Positions 28,848 to 38,936 of a stretch of DNA of 64,000 bases are shown in pieces. Position 1 is the first letter of the stretch, and every line of letters starts with the position of its first letter. Below the pieces are notes generated by a model. That model was not told the origin of the DNA, made no database searches, and saw only the letters and a list, made by a program, of their open reading frames with translations. The translations under genes and the position numbers were made by a program. The stretch is from an uncultured Collinsella sp. (GTDB lineage Bacteria > Actinomycetota > Coriobacteriia > Coriobacteriales > Coriobacteriaceae), in contig CABRFZ010000008.1 in NCBI GenBank assembly GCA_902470365.1, forward strand, positions 3,748-67,747, in the 5' to 3' direction.

Positions 28848-31210
28848 GGATTCTCAAGCTCTTTAAAAAGCATATCCTGGCACTGTTCGCAGCTATCGTG
28901 CTTATCGTAATCAGCTGCAACGCCGATCTGGCGCTGCCTACCTATATGAGCGACATCGTCGACGTGGGTGTGCAGCAAGGCGGCATCGCCTCGCCCGTAC
29001 CCGACACCATTCGCGCCGAATCGCTCGACGACCTTGAACTCTTTATGAGCACCAAGGACGCCAAAGCTGTGGAGGCCGTGTTTAGCAAGGCTGACAAAAA
29101 CGGCATTCGAACGTACAAGGGCACCGAGGAAGAGCGTGCCGATGGAGGCAAGATTGCCGACATTATGAGCCTGCCCGAGACTGTCGTCCTTTCGCTCAAC
29201 CAGGGCATTGACGCCAACTCCATGGGCGACATGATGGGCTCGTCCAGCGAGAAAGACAACAACGCTGCCCAGGCCATGCCCACCCCCGAGCAAATGGCAG
29301 CGATGACGCCCGAGCAGCTCGCCGAGATGCAGCAGAAGGCCGCAGCCGCGCAGAGCATGCAAAAGCAGATCGACGCCGACGGCGGCAAGATCACCATGAA
29401 GAGCCTGCGTCTGGGCGTTGAAGGCGACCTAATCGACCAGGGTAAGCTCATCGAGGGTGCCAACCAAATGGCGGACAAAATGGGCTCCATGTCGGGCTCC
29501 ATCGTGACCCAACGCGCCGTGAGCTATGTGCAAGACGAGTACAAGGCACAGGGCATCGACCCCGCCGACGTACAGAACGCCTACCTGAGCCGCATGGCGA
29601 CCACGATGTTTGGGCTGTGCCTGGTATCGCTCGTCGCCACCATCCTGACCGGTGCCGTGGCTTCGCGCACCGCCTGCTCCATCGCCCGCGACCTGCGCCG
29701 CGAGACCTTCAACAAGGTTATGCACTTCTCGCCGGCCGAGGTGGGCAAGTTTAGCCAGGCCTCGCTCATCACCCGCTGCACCAACGACATTCAGCAGATC
29801 CAGATGGCCGCAACTCTGTTTATCCGCATGTGTCTGATGGCCCCCGTCATGGGCATCGTCGCCGTCATGCGCGTCCTGGCCAACCATACCGGCCTGGAGT
29901 GGACCATCGCCGTTGCCATCATCGCGGTCTCGGCCGTCGTCGGCGTGCTTATGGGCCTCACCATGCCCAAGTTCAAAAAGATGCAAAGCTTTGTTGACCG
30001 CGTGAACCTTACCGCCCGCGAGCTGCTCGACGGCCTGATGCCCATCCGCTCGTTCAACCGCGAGGAACATGAGCTCGAACGTTTTGACAAGGCGTCGCTC
30101 GACCTGATGACCACGCAGCTCTACACCAACCGCGCCATGAGCTTTATGATGCCGCTCATGATGCTCGTCATGAACTGCATCACCGTGCTCATCGTCTGGT
30201 TTGGTGCGCAGGGCGTGTCCGACGGCGTGATGCAGGTCGGCAACATGATGGCGTTTATCTCCTACACCATGCAGATCGTCATGGCGTTTATGATCCTCAC
30301 CATGGTTTCGGTCATCCTGCCCCGTGCCGAGGTCGCAGCCGAGCGCGTGGAAGAGGTCATCACTTGTCCCACGAGCATCAACGACCCTGCCTCGCCCAAA
30401 CTGCCCGCGGCCAGCTCGCCGCGCGGTGAGCTCACCTTCCGCGACGTGAGCTTCCAGTACCCCGATGCCCGCGCCGATGTCATCAGCGGCGTGAACTTCA
30501 CCACGCATGCCGGTCAGATGCTCGGCATCATTGGCTCCACGGGCTCGGGCAAGTCCACGCTCGTGCAGCTGATTCCACGCTTGTACGACGTCACGGGCGG
30601 CAGCATTTCGCTCGACGGCATCGACGTGCGCGACATGACCCTTTCCGAGCTGCGCCGCCGCATTGGTTACATCCCGCAGCAGGGTCGCCTGTTCTCGGGC
30701 ACCGTCGAGAGCAACCTCAAGTTTGCCGGCGACATGGTGAGTGACGAGGATATGCGCCAGGCAGCACGCGTCGCCCAGGCGGAGGACTTTATCGCCGAGC
30801 GCGAGGACGGGTACGACTCTCCTATCAGCCAGGGCGGCTCCAATGTTTCGGGTGGTCAGCGCCAGCGTCTGGCCATCGCCCGCGCGTTGGCCAAAAAGCC
30901 CGAGGTCGTGGTGTTCGATGACTCGTTTAGTGCCCTCGACTACAAGACCGACGCGCGCCTACGCGAGGAGCTGGCCAAAAACGTTACCGACGCCGCGCTC
31001 GTGGTCGTGGCCCAGCGCATCGCGACCATCATGCACGCCGACCAGATCATCGTGCTCGACGACGGCCACGTAGTGGGCACCGGCACGCACGAGGAGCTGC
31101 TGCGCAGCTGCCCGGCGTACCTGGAGATCGCACAGTCGCAGCTTTCCGCCGAGGAGCTGGGGCTTACCCAAGAAGAAATTGCAGCCGTCATGGAAGGAGG
31201 CGAGCGCTAA
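28844..31210 (+). CDS. ABC exporter, fused permease/ATPase, with a ~200-aa extracytoplasmic insert after TM1
   Basis: Six-TM exporter fold, Walker A GSTGSGKST, signature VSGGQRQR, Walker B VVFDDSFS. Confidence 0.85.
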   Translation: MRILKLFKKHILALFAAIVLIVISCNADLALPTYMSDIVDVGVQQGGIASPVPDTIRAESLDDLELFMSTKDAKAVEAVFSKADKNGIRTYKGTEEERADGGKIADIMSLPETVVLSLNQGIDANSMGDMMGSSSEKDNNAAQAMPTPEQMAAMTPEQLAEMQQKAAAAQSMQKQIDADGGKITMKSLRLGVEGDLIDQGKLIEGANQMADKMGSMSGSIVTQRAVSYVQDEYKAQGIDPADVQNAYLSRMATTMFGLCLVSLVATILTGAVASRTACSIARDLRRETFNKVMHFSPAEVGKFSQASLITRCTNDIQQIQMAATLFIRMCLMAPVMGIVAVMRVLANHTGLEWTIAVAIIAVSAVVGVLMGLTMPKFKKMQSFVDRVNLTARELLDGLMPIRSFNREEHELERFDKASLDLMTTQLYTNRAMSFMMPLMMLVMNCITVLIVWFGAQGVSDGVMQVGNMMAFISYTMQIVMAFMILTMVSVILPRAEVAAERVEEVITCPTSINDPASPKLPAASSPRGELTFRDVSFQYPDARADVISGVNFTTHAGQMLGIIGSTGSGKSTLVQLIPRLYDVTGGSISLDGIDVRDMTLSELRRRIGYIPQQGRLFSGTVESNLKFAGDMVSDEDMRQAARVAQAEDFIAEREDGYDSPISQGGSNVSGGQRQRLAIARALAKKPEVVVFDDSFSALDYKTDARLREELAKNVTDAALVVVAQRIATIMHADQIIVLDDGHVVGTGTHEELLRSCPAYLEIAQSQLSAEELGLTQEEIAAVMEGGER

Positions 31211-33066
31211 TGGCAGACGAGACCAAGACTCAGATTCCCAAGCCCACCCGCCAGCGTGGTCCCATGGGCCGCATGGGTGGCATGCGCCGTGGCGAAAAGG
31301 CCAAGGACTTTAAGGGCACCATGAGGCAGCTGCTCGGCTATATCGGCCAGCACAAGATTGCCGTGTTTGCCGCCGTCGCCTTTGCCGTGTGCTCGGTCAT
31401 CTTTAACATTGTGGGGCCCAAGGTGCTCGGCCAGGTTACGACCAAGCTGTTCGAAGGCCTGGTTGCCAAGGTCAACGGCACCGGCGATGTCGACTTTAAC
31501 TGGATCGCCAAGACGCTCGGCTTTTTGCTCTGCCTGTATCTGGCGAGCTCTATCTGCAGTCTAATCCAGGGCTGGCTCATGACCGGCGTCACGCAAAAGA
31601 TCTGCTACCGAATGCGCAAGGAGATCGCCGCCAAGATTGCCGTCGTGCCGATGAGCTACTTTAACGGACACAGCAAGGGCGACGTGCTCAGTCGCATCAC
31701 CAACGACGTCGATACGCTCGGCCAGTCGCTCAACCAGAGCGTGACCCAGCTCATCACCTCGGTGACGCAGATTATCGGCGTGCTCGTCATGATGCTGTCG
31801 ATCAGCCTGCCGCTCACCGGCGTCACCGTGCTCACGCTGCCGGCAGCCGCGATTATCCTGACCGTGATGATTCACTTCTCGCAGCCGTACTTCCGAGAGC
31901 AGCAGCAAGTCCTGGGCGCCGTCAACGGCATTATCGAGGAGGACTTTGCCGGCCAGAATGTCATTCAGGTGTTCGACCGCGCCGAGGCCTCAATCGAGGA
32001 GTTCGACCGTCAAAACGACCGCCTGTTTATTAGTGGCTGGCGTTCGCAGTTCCTGTCGGGCCTGATGATGCCGCTTATGAGTCTGGTGGGCAACATGGGT
32101 TACGTGGGCGTTGTCGTAGTGGGCGCACAGCTCGCACTGACCGGCAATGCCACGCCCGGCGACATCCAGAGCTTTATCCAGTACGTGCGCAACTTTACGC
32201 AGCCGGTGCAGCAGCTGGGCAACGTGAGCAACACGATGCAGTCGATGGCAGCTGCCACCGAGCGTGTGTTTGAGTTCCTGGCCGCGCCCGAGGAGGAGCA
32301 GAAGGCCGACGCGCAGATTCCCGAGAAGCGCCCCGGCCACGTGGAGTTTGACCATGTCAAGTTTGGCTACACGCCCGACAAGACCATCATCCACGACTTT
32401 AGCTGCGAGGCGCAGCCCGGCCAGACCATCGCCATCGTCGGTCCCACCGGCGCTGGCAAGACCACGCTCATCAAGCTGCTGCAGCGTTTCTACGATGTGG
32501 ACGGCGGTTCGCTGCGCGTCGAGGGTGTCGACGTGCGAGACTGGGACCGCGCGGCGCTGCGCGGCGAGTTTGCCATGGTGCTGCAGGACACCTGGCTGTT
32601 TAACGGTACCATCCGCGAGAACATCCGTTACGGACGCCCCGATGCGAGCGATGCCGAGGTCGAAGCCGCCGCGCGTGCCGCACGCTGCGACCACTTTATC
32701 CATACGCTCGCCGGCGGCTACGACTTTATGATCAACGAGGAGGGCACCAACCTGTCGCAGGGTCAGCGCCAGCTCGTGACCATCGCCCGTGCCATTTTGG
32801 CCGACCGCCCGGCGCTGATTCTGGACGAGGCGACCTCCAACGTCGATACCCGTACCGAGGAGCTTATTCAGCGTGCCATGGATGCGCTGATGCAGGGCCG
32901 TACCAGCTTTGTTATCGCGCACCGCCTGTCCACGATCCGCAACGCCGACGTGATCTTGGTAATTCGCGACGGCGACATCGTCGAGAAGGGCACGCACGAC
33001 GAGTTGCTCGCCCAGGGCGGCTTCTACGCCGACCTGTACAACTCGCAGTTCGACGAGGCGGCGTAA
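31210..33066 (+). CDS. ABC exporter, fused permease/ATPase (heterodimer partner)
   Basis: TAATG overlap with the upstream gene. GPTGAGKTT, LSQGQRQL, LILDEATS. Confidence 0.85.
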   Translation: MADETKTQIPKPTRQRGPMGRMGGMRRGEKAKDFKGTMRQLLGYIGQHKIAVFAAVAFAVCSVIFNIVGPKVLGQVTTKLFEGLVAKVNGTGDVDFNWIAKTLGFLLCLYLASSICSLIQGWLMTGVTQKICYRMRKEIAAKIAVVPMSYFNGHSKGDVLSRITNDVDTLGQSLNQSVTQLITSVTQIIGVLVMMLSISLPLTGVTVLTLPAAAIILTVMIHFSQPYFREQQQVLGAVNGIIEEDFAGQNVIQVFDRAEASIEEFDRQNDRLFISGWRSQFLSGLMMPLMSLVGNMGYVGVVVVGAQLALTGNATPGDIQSFIQYVRNFTQPVQQLGNVSNTMQSMAAATERVFEFLAAPEEEQKADAQIPEKRPGHVEFDHVKFGYTPDKTIIHDFSCEAQPGQTIAIVGPTGAGKTTLIKLLQRFYDVDGGSLRVEGVDVRDWDRAALRGEFAMVLQDTWLFNGTIRENIRYGRPDASDAEVEAAARAARCDHFIHTLAGGYDFMINEEGTNLSQGQRQLVTIARAILADRPALILDEATSNVDTRTEELIQRAMDALMQGRTSFVIAHRLSTIRNADVILVIRDGDIVEKGTHDELLAQGGFYADLYNSQFDEAA

Positions 33067-33096
33067 AAACCAGCGGCAAACAACTGCAATACCCAG

Positions 33097-33140
33097 AAAA
33101 CGGGGGCGCAGGACAACCTGCGCCCCCGTTTTGTGTTCTT
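33097..33140 (+). terminator. Intrinsic terminator after the ABC exporter pair
   Basis: aaaacgggggcgcagg-acaa-cctgcgcccccgtttt followed by gtgttctt. Confidence 0.8.
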
Positions 33141-33189
33141 CGAGCCTCGAAACGCCTTCCCTGAGACCTCATTGACGGCGCTTTCCAGG

Positions 33190-33428
33190 CCCCGTGGGCA
33201 AAAAAGGGCAAATATGAGTACTGTTACCATTTTAGTAACAGCCAAAACAGCCCCAAATGCCGTTTTCGCGGCTTACACGCGTCCCTAAATTGATCAAACA
33301 GCCCTATAACGGACTTATATGTGTTTGCGTTAATGAACATATTTTGCTGTTATGTATATTATTTTGCGAAGGCAATATGATACTAAGATAGCAACCGTAC
33401 TCATATTTGGCGTTTTTTGCCCACAGGG
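33190..33428. mobile_element. MITE-like element: ~37-bp imperfect terminal inverted repeats around a low-GC core
   Basis: ccccgtgggcaaaaaagggcaaatatgagtactgtta (33190-33226) pairs with the reverse complement of gcaaccgtactcatatttggcgttttttgcccacaggg (33391-33428). It has no ORF. Confidence 0.45.
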
Positions 33429-33502
33429 TATTTCCTGGGGAACCGACAACAGCCTTAGGGTCCCGCGCGGCGCCGCTCCCTCCCGGCATCCGCCGACGTT
33501 TC

Positions 33503-33548
33503 CCCAGATAAAACCTGCCAAAATAAACCTGTCCCTTTTTGGTAGGTT
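33503..33548 (+). repeat. Family B 46-bp element, copy C
   Basis: cccagataaaacctgccaaaataaacctgtccctttttggtaggtt, about 100 nt upstream of the DAHP synthase start. Confidence 0.85.
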
Positions 33549-33647
33549 TCGGGGCGGCGAGGGGTTGCACTTTAGCGTGCGACAGCGGATAATGCCGAGC
33601 ATTCGACAATACGCTTATTGCTCTTTCTATAGATTGAGGAGGCCCCT

Positions 33648-34679
33648 ATGGCCATGGAATTCAAACGCAGGCTGCCGATCCCTATGGAGATCCGCGAGGA
33701 AATGCCGCTCTCCGCCGAGCTTACCGCCAAGAAGCAGGCATTTGACGCCGAGGTCGCCAAAGTCTTTACCGGCGAGGACGCGCGCAAGGTGCTCATCATT
33801 GGCCCGTGCTCTGCCGACCGCGAAGATTCGGTGCTTGAGTACATGAACCGACTGGCCAAGACCGCCGAGGAGGTCAAGGACAAGCTCATCATCATTCCGC
33901 GCGTCTACACCAACAAGCCGCGCACCAAGGGCACCGGCTACAAGGGCCTGCTGCACAACCCCAACCCCGAGGCTCCCGACGACCTGCTCGAGGGCGTCAA
34001 GGCCATCCGCCATATGCACCTGCGCGTTATTGAGGAAACGGGCTTCTTCACCGCCGACGAGATGCTCTATCCGTCCAACTACCAGTACCTCGTTGATCTG
34101 CTGAGCTATGTTGCCGTGGGTGCGCGCTCGGTCGAGAACCAGGAGCATCGCCTGGTGTCGAGCGGCATTTCGGTACCCGTCGGCATGAAGAATCCCACTG
34201 CCGGCTCTACCACCGTTATGCTCAACTCCATTTACGCCGCGCAGGCGCACCAGAGCTTCATCTTCCGCAACTGGGAGGTCGAGTGTGACGGCAACCCGCT
34301 CGCGCACGCCGTCATGCGTGGCTACATCGGTCTCGACGGTCGCACCTACCCCAACTATCACTACGAGCACCTCGAGCGCCTGGCCGAGCGCTATACCGAG
34401 CACGCCGGCTACGCCAACCCGGCGGCGGTCATCGACTGCAACCACGACAACTCGGGTAAGCGTCCGCTGGAGCAGTATCGCATTTGCAAGGAAGTGCTCG
34501 ACAGCTGCCGCCGCAACGAGTCCATCTCCAAGCTGGTCAAGGGCTTTATGATCGAGTCTTACCTGGAGGACGGCAACCAGCCGGTCGACGGCGGCGTCTT
34601 TGGTAAATCGATCACCGACCCGTGCCTGGGCTGGGAAAAGACCGACTACCTCATCCACGAGATCGCGGAGCGGGTGTAG
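33648..34679 (+). CDS. 3-deoxy-7-phosphoheptulonate (DAHP) synthase, class I
   Basis: IIGPCS and PRVYTNKPRT..GYKGLL motifs. ATG at 33648 after GAGGAGG. Confidence 0.85.
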   Translation: MAMEFKRRLPIPMEIREEMPLSAELTAKKQAFDAEVAKVFTGEDARKVLIIGPCSADREDSVLEYMNRLAKTAEEVKDKLIIIPRVYTNKPRTKGTGYKGLLHNPNPEAPDDLLEGVKAIRHMHLRVIEETGFFTADEMLYPSNYQYLVDLLSYVAVGARSVENQEHRLVSSGISVPVGMKNPTAGSTTVMLNSIYAAQAHQSFIFRNWEVECDGNPLAHAVMRGYIGLDGRTYPNYHYEHLERLAERYTEHAGYANPAAVIDCNHDNSGKRPLEQYRICKEVLDSCRRNESISKLVKGFMIESYLEDGNQPVDGGVFGKSITDPCLGWEKTDYLIHEIAERV

Positions 34680-34826
34680 GTTACGGCGTTTTACCAAACG
34701 CCGTAACCGGCCGACGCTGCGCTGGTCGCATTTGGACAATCTGACGTTCAACTTCAAGGGCGCGACCAAGAGGTCAGCGCCCTTTCGTTTCACGTCAACT
34801 TGCAATCAGGTAGCCCCTGTCCGCTT
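34679..34826 (+). repeat. Family C 3' element copy 1 (GGTTACG hairpin plus TGACGTTCAA..TTCACGTCA nested palindrome; contains a terminator-like hairpin at 34756-34790)
   Basis: ggttacggcgttt-tacc-aaacgccgtaacc starts at the G of the TAG stop. About 140 bp is alignable with the reverse complement of 51980-52120. Confidence 0.75.
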
Positions 34827-34939
34827 GACCGGCTGGGTTTCTGAGGTGCGGCAGATTCCCGTGAAAGAGGAGCGCCACGTACTTTGGTACGCAAGCGAAA
34901 AATGAACGGGAAGGCGCCGTGCCTCGGGAAGACAGACAG

Positions 34940-36145
34940 TTACGCCGAGGGTTCCTGCTGAGTAATGCAGTGGATGTTTCCGCCACCGAAGACGACCTGC
35001 TCGGACTGAACGCCGACGCATTTGTAGACGCCCTCGCCCCAGACCTCGTCGTAGATCTTCTGGAGCGTGTCAATGGCAAACTGGTCGTTCTCGTCGCCGT
35101 ACTGCGGGACGATAACGCCGTAGTTGGTGACCAGGTAGTTCATGTAGGAGGCGATCAGCGGCTCGTCGGCGACGCGCGGCTCGGCGTTCTCGTCGGCGTC
35201 GATGGTATCGCAGGAAGCCTGGTCCATGAACAGCGGGTTCACGGGCATGCAGAGCTTGTAGACCTTCATCTTGCGGCCCTTGGCGTCAACGGCGTTGGAG
35301 AGGGTCTCGTAGACAGCGTGGCATTGCTCGTAGAACGGATACTCGGGATCGTCGGTCCAGATGCAGGCCATGACGCCCGGAGCGATGAACGTAGCGACAT
35401 CATCGATGTGGCCATTGGTCTCCTCGGGATCGATGCCCTCCTTGACCCAGATGACCTTCTCGACACCCAGGTAATCCTTGAGGTGCTCGTCCATATAGGC
35501 GCGAAGTTCCTCGCTCCAGGGCTCAAACTTCTTGTGGAACTTGGGCCAGATGGACTCGGGATCCTCTTCCTCCTCCAGAACCGCAGAGCAGGTGCGGCCC
35601 GGGGAAAGCAGGCACTGGTCGGTCACGACCACGGTGCCTTCGCCGTCGACGGTGATGGAACCGCCCTCGAGGATCATGTCATCGGGACGATAGCGACGGC
35701 AGCCGGAAAGCTCAGCCATCTTAAGGGCGATCTGCTCGTCCTTGTCCCACGGGAAATAGAGGCCGTCAACGAGGCCGCCGTAGGCGTTGAAGTGCCAGTG
35801 GTTGGCGCGCTTATCGCCCTTGCCGTTGATAACAAAAGTGGCAGCGGTGTCGCGGAACCAAGCGTCGTCGGTGGTCATCTCGATAACGGTGACGTTCTCG
35901 TCTTCCTCAAAGGCGGCCTTGCAGTTGGCGTAGTCGGCCTGGTTGGCGCATATGGTAACCGGGGTGAATTCGGCAATGGCGCGGGCGATGGCGGCATACT
36001 GCCTCTGAGCCGGCTTGGCGCCGTGGGCCCAGGTGTCGGTGCGGTGGGGCCAGCCCATCCACACGCGATCCTGCGGGGCGAATTCAGCGGGCATAAAGAA
36101 GCCGTCGGCCTTGGGGGTGGACTCGGACTCGGTAATCGTGCGCAT
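34940..36145 (-). CDS. aguA: Agmatine deiminase
   Basis: WMGWPHR..W, DDAWFRD and the C-terminal GGGNIHCITQQ active-site Cys. ATG at 36145 with a GGAGGA SD. Confidence 0.9.
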   Translation of the reverse strand: MRTITESESTPKADGFFMPAEFAPQDRVWMGWPHRTDTWAHGAKPAQRQYAAIARAIAEFTPVTICANQADYANCKAAFEEDENVTVIEMTTDDAWFRDTAATFVINGKGDKRANHWHFNAYGGLVDGLYFPWDKDEQIALKMAELSGCRRYRPDDMILEGGSITVDGEGTVVVTDQCLLSPGRTCSAVLEEEEDPESIWPKFHKKFEPWSEELRAYMDEHLKDYLGVEKVIWVKEGIDPEETNGHIDDVATFIAPGVMACIWTDDPEYPFYEQCHAVYETLSNAVDAKGRKMKVYKLCMPVNPLFMDQASCDTIDADENAEPRVADEPLIASYMNYLVTNYGVIVPQYGDENDQFAIDTLQKIYDEVWGEGVYKCVGVQSEQVVFGGGNIHCITQQEPSA

Positions 36146-36429
36146 AAGATTTCCTCCAAATCGAACGATCGCTTGCTGCGGGCGAATTACCCGCAGCCTA
36201 AAACCAAGAGGTGGCGGACGCCCGTCCCCCGGCAAAGGTCGGGGCGCCCGGCGCCGGTTTTCACGAAGTCGCACCGGCAAGCGACGACGTAACCTGGCGC
36301 GCGGAGACAAAACGCACGAAGGATACGGAAGAGAGATTGGGGCGGGCGGTGGTTACCAGAGCTATCGCTCACACCCACCCCGGGGAATGGTCAAGTGGCG
36401 AGGAGGGTTGGAACCCCGAATCGGGTGTT

Positions 36430-37869
36430 CTAGTTCTCCTCGGCCTCGGCGGCCTCCTCAGCGAGACGCTGAGCAGCTAGTTCAGGGGTGAGACCCTTGT
36501 ACTCGGTCTCGCGACCCTTAGCACTGACGACGCGGACAACCTCGCCAATAAGCAAGAGCACGATGAAGATAACGATCATCGGGACCTTATCGCCAATCTC
36601 ATCGACAGAGAACGGAATCAGCGTTGCAACGATAGCCAGAATCAGCTCGATGCAGGGAATAGCCAGCATGACCTTCATCATGACGCCCTTAAACGGGAAC
36701 GTAAAGATGCGCGCACGGTTAGGGTCGTTCTTACGAAGGTTGAGGAATGCCGGGAACATCGGGATGTAGGTGAGCAGCAAGAATACAACGGAGGTACCGA
36801 AGAGCATCCAGAAGACACCGTTGGAGATGGCGTCGATGGGAACGAGCTGCAGGCACAGCACCAGGGAGGCGACGATGGCGTTGACCAGGTTGGCGCCGTT
36901 GGGCATGTCGTCATCCGAGATCATCGAGGCGAAGACCTTGGGCATGTTGCCATGCTCGGCAGCATAACGAGCAACGGAGTTGACGCCGAAGGACCAGGCA
37001 GCCATGTTGGCGAACAGGGTGATCAGGAAGGCAATGCAGATGACCTTGAAGATCATGGAGTCGCCCACCATGGTCTGGACAGCGTAGATCATGCCGTAGT
37101 CGGGATCGATGGAATCGGCCGGCACAGCAGCGCCGATGCCAAAGCCAGCGAACAGATAGATCACGGCGATAGACAGGCCGCCGACGATGATAGCCTTGGG
37201 GATATCGCGAGCGGGATCGGCCATATCGTCGGTCATGGTGCAGATGACCTCGAAGCCCATGAAGTTAAAGATGATGATCGACAGGTAGCCGAGCGCGTTG
37301 GTGTTGGTGAGCTCGGGCAGGAAGGTGGCAGCGGACATGTCGTTCGCAAAACCGTTCTCCATGGCGTACCAAATGCCCAAAGCGCCGACAATAACGGCAA
37401 CGGCAACCTTGATGACGGCGCCGCCGTTCAGGACCCACTCAGAGTCGGCAGCCTTGGAGCGACCCATAAGATAGACAATCCACACAAAGGCAAGGTCGAT
37501 ACCAATCTTGGCAATCAGATTGAACTCGACGCCAAAGACCATGCCCAAAATGTCCGAGAACATAGTGGCCAGCGAGGCAATCCACAGCGGGTAGTTAACC
37601 CAGTAGTAGTACGAAATGCGGGCGCCCCACTTGTCGCCCAGGCCATCGCGTACCCAGTCGTAAATGCCACCCTCACCGTCATAGGTAGTGCCGAGCTCGG
37701 CAACAACCATGCCATAAGGGAGCAGGAAGGTCAGAATCAGGAAGATCCACCAGAAGAACTGCTGGTTGCCAATGGCAGCAGCAGGTGCGGCGGCCTCGCA
37801 AACGAAGACGACGCAGATGATGGTCGAGATGACCGTCAAGAAGGAAAGCTTTTTCTTTCCGTCGCTCAT
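36430..37869 (-). CDS. aguD: APC-family amino acid/polyamine antiporter, likely agmatine:putrescine antiporter
   Basis: 12-TM APC-type sequence. Its position is upstream of aguA and divergent from an AguR-like regulator. Confidence 0.7.
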   Translation of the reverse strand: MSDGKKKLSFLTVISTIICVVFVCEAAAPAAAIGNQQFFWWIFLILTFLLPYGMVVAELGTTYDGEGGIYDWVRDGLGDKWGARISYYYWVNYPLWIASLATMFSDILGMVFGVEFNLIAKIGIDLAFVWIVYLMGRSKAADSEWVLNGGAVIKVAVAVIVGALGIWYAMENGFANDMSAATFLPELTNTNALGYLSIIIFNFMGFEVICTMTDDMADPARDIPKAIIVGGLSIAVIYLFAGFGIGAAVPADSIDPDYGMIYAVQTMVGDSMIFKVICIAFLITLFANMAAWSFGVNSVARYAAEHGNMPKVFASMISDDDMPNGANLVNAIVASLVLCLQLVPIDAISNGVFWMLFGTSVVFLLLTYIPMFPAFLNLRKNDPNRARIFTFPFKGVMMKVMLAIPCIELILAIVATLIPFSVDEIGDKVPMIVIFIVLLLIGEVVRVVSAKGRETEYKGLTPELAAQRLAEEAAEAEEN

Positions 37870-38189
37870 GATGAGCTCCTTCGCTCAGTTTTGGACAAAT
37901 CGAGGCCCTTAAGATATTAAGGCAATTGCCGGGCCTCGGTGAGCGGGCGACAGGAGACGAGCATCCGACGCCCGCAGACGCGCTTTTAGAAGCCTTGAGG
38001 CTTAGAGCTGCTCGAGAGCCTCGAGAGCGGCGCTCTCGCTTGCCGCCTATGCCTCGTCTCGCCGACAGTTCTTTATCTATGGCAGCGGCGTTTTTATTTG
38101 CTATGCCTTCGAGATGACCGAGATTTTCTTTTTTTGAATACACGCTGCAAAACCAGAGCTTTCCAGCTAGCGACTATTACTCAATCATC

Positions 38190-38936
38190 ATGCCCGTGAT
38201 GCGGACCCTTGTGGCGACCGCTTCACAGGCTTTTATTTGGGCCATTGCCAGGGACTTGCTCGATAAACATTCTAAAAAGCAGTTCGTTATCCCCGTCGTA
38301 ACGTTTTTGCTGTGCGAGTCGCTGACTATCGTCGCTGTCCCCTACGGCCCCATGCATCAGTGGCTCTACTACACAATGCGCCAGGTGTTCCTTATCTTTG
38401 TGGGGCTGTACATCTTTTGGACGGCTCATAAAAGTACAAAGGTCGAGTTGAAGGCACGCGTTAACAACCAACGAAAGCACCTGATTATCGGCGCCATCCT
38501 GGTCGGGTGCATCGTTACCGAGGACTTCTACAGCATCCTGGTCGTCCCCATGAGCCTGGCGCCCTCTTGGCTGCAGCTATACCTGTCCGAGCGCAACTTT
38601 AGCGAGAACGTCTTTGCGTGCTACTTTGCGATTCTGCTCATCGCCTACACCTATCACGTGCTTTCGATTCGCATGCAGGAGGCGTCCGAAGAAAAGAACG
38701 TCAGCGATCTTGATCGACACATCGAAGAGCAAATGCCCTCTTATCGCAACGCCTACAAGCTCTCCAACCGCGAAGCCGAGGTTTTGCGTCTGGTAGTGCG
38801 GGGCAAGTCGAACCAAGAGATTGCTGACGAGCTATTCCTTGCCGTGGGCACCGTCAAGGCCCACATCCACAACATCCTGGTCAAAACCGAACAGCAAAAC
38901 CGCACCACGCTCATCCTGCATTTTTGGAAACGTTAG
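38190..38936 (+). CDS. aguR: Membrane-anchored LuxR-family regulator (AguR-like)
   Basis: Multi-TM N-terminus plus the C-terminal LuxR HTH LSNREAEVLRLVVRGKSNQEIADELFLAVGTVKAHIHNI. It is divergent from aguD-aguA, as in the agu loci of lactic acid bacteria. Confidence 0.7.
   Translation: MPVMRTLVATASQAFIWAIARDLLDKHSKKQFVIPVVTFLLCESLTIVAVPYGPMHQWLYYTMRQVFLIFVGLYIFWTAHKSTKVELKARVNNQRKHLIIGAILVGCIVTEDFYSILVVPMSLAPSWLQLYLSERNFSENVFACYFAILLIAYTYHVLSIRMQEASEEKNVSDLDRHIEEQMPSYRNAYKLSNREAEVLRLVVRGKSNQEIADELFLAVGTVKAHIHNILVKTEQQNRTTLILHFWKR

Noticed and set aside
36146-36429. Riboswitch or known cis-regulatory RNA in the aguD-aguA spacer.
   Set aside because: I could not match any riboswitch consensus from memory. 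Only generic GC hairpins are visible.
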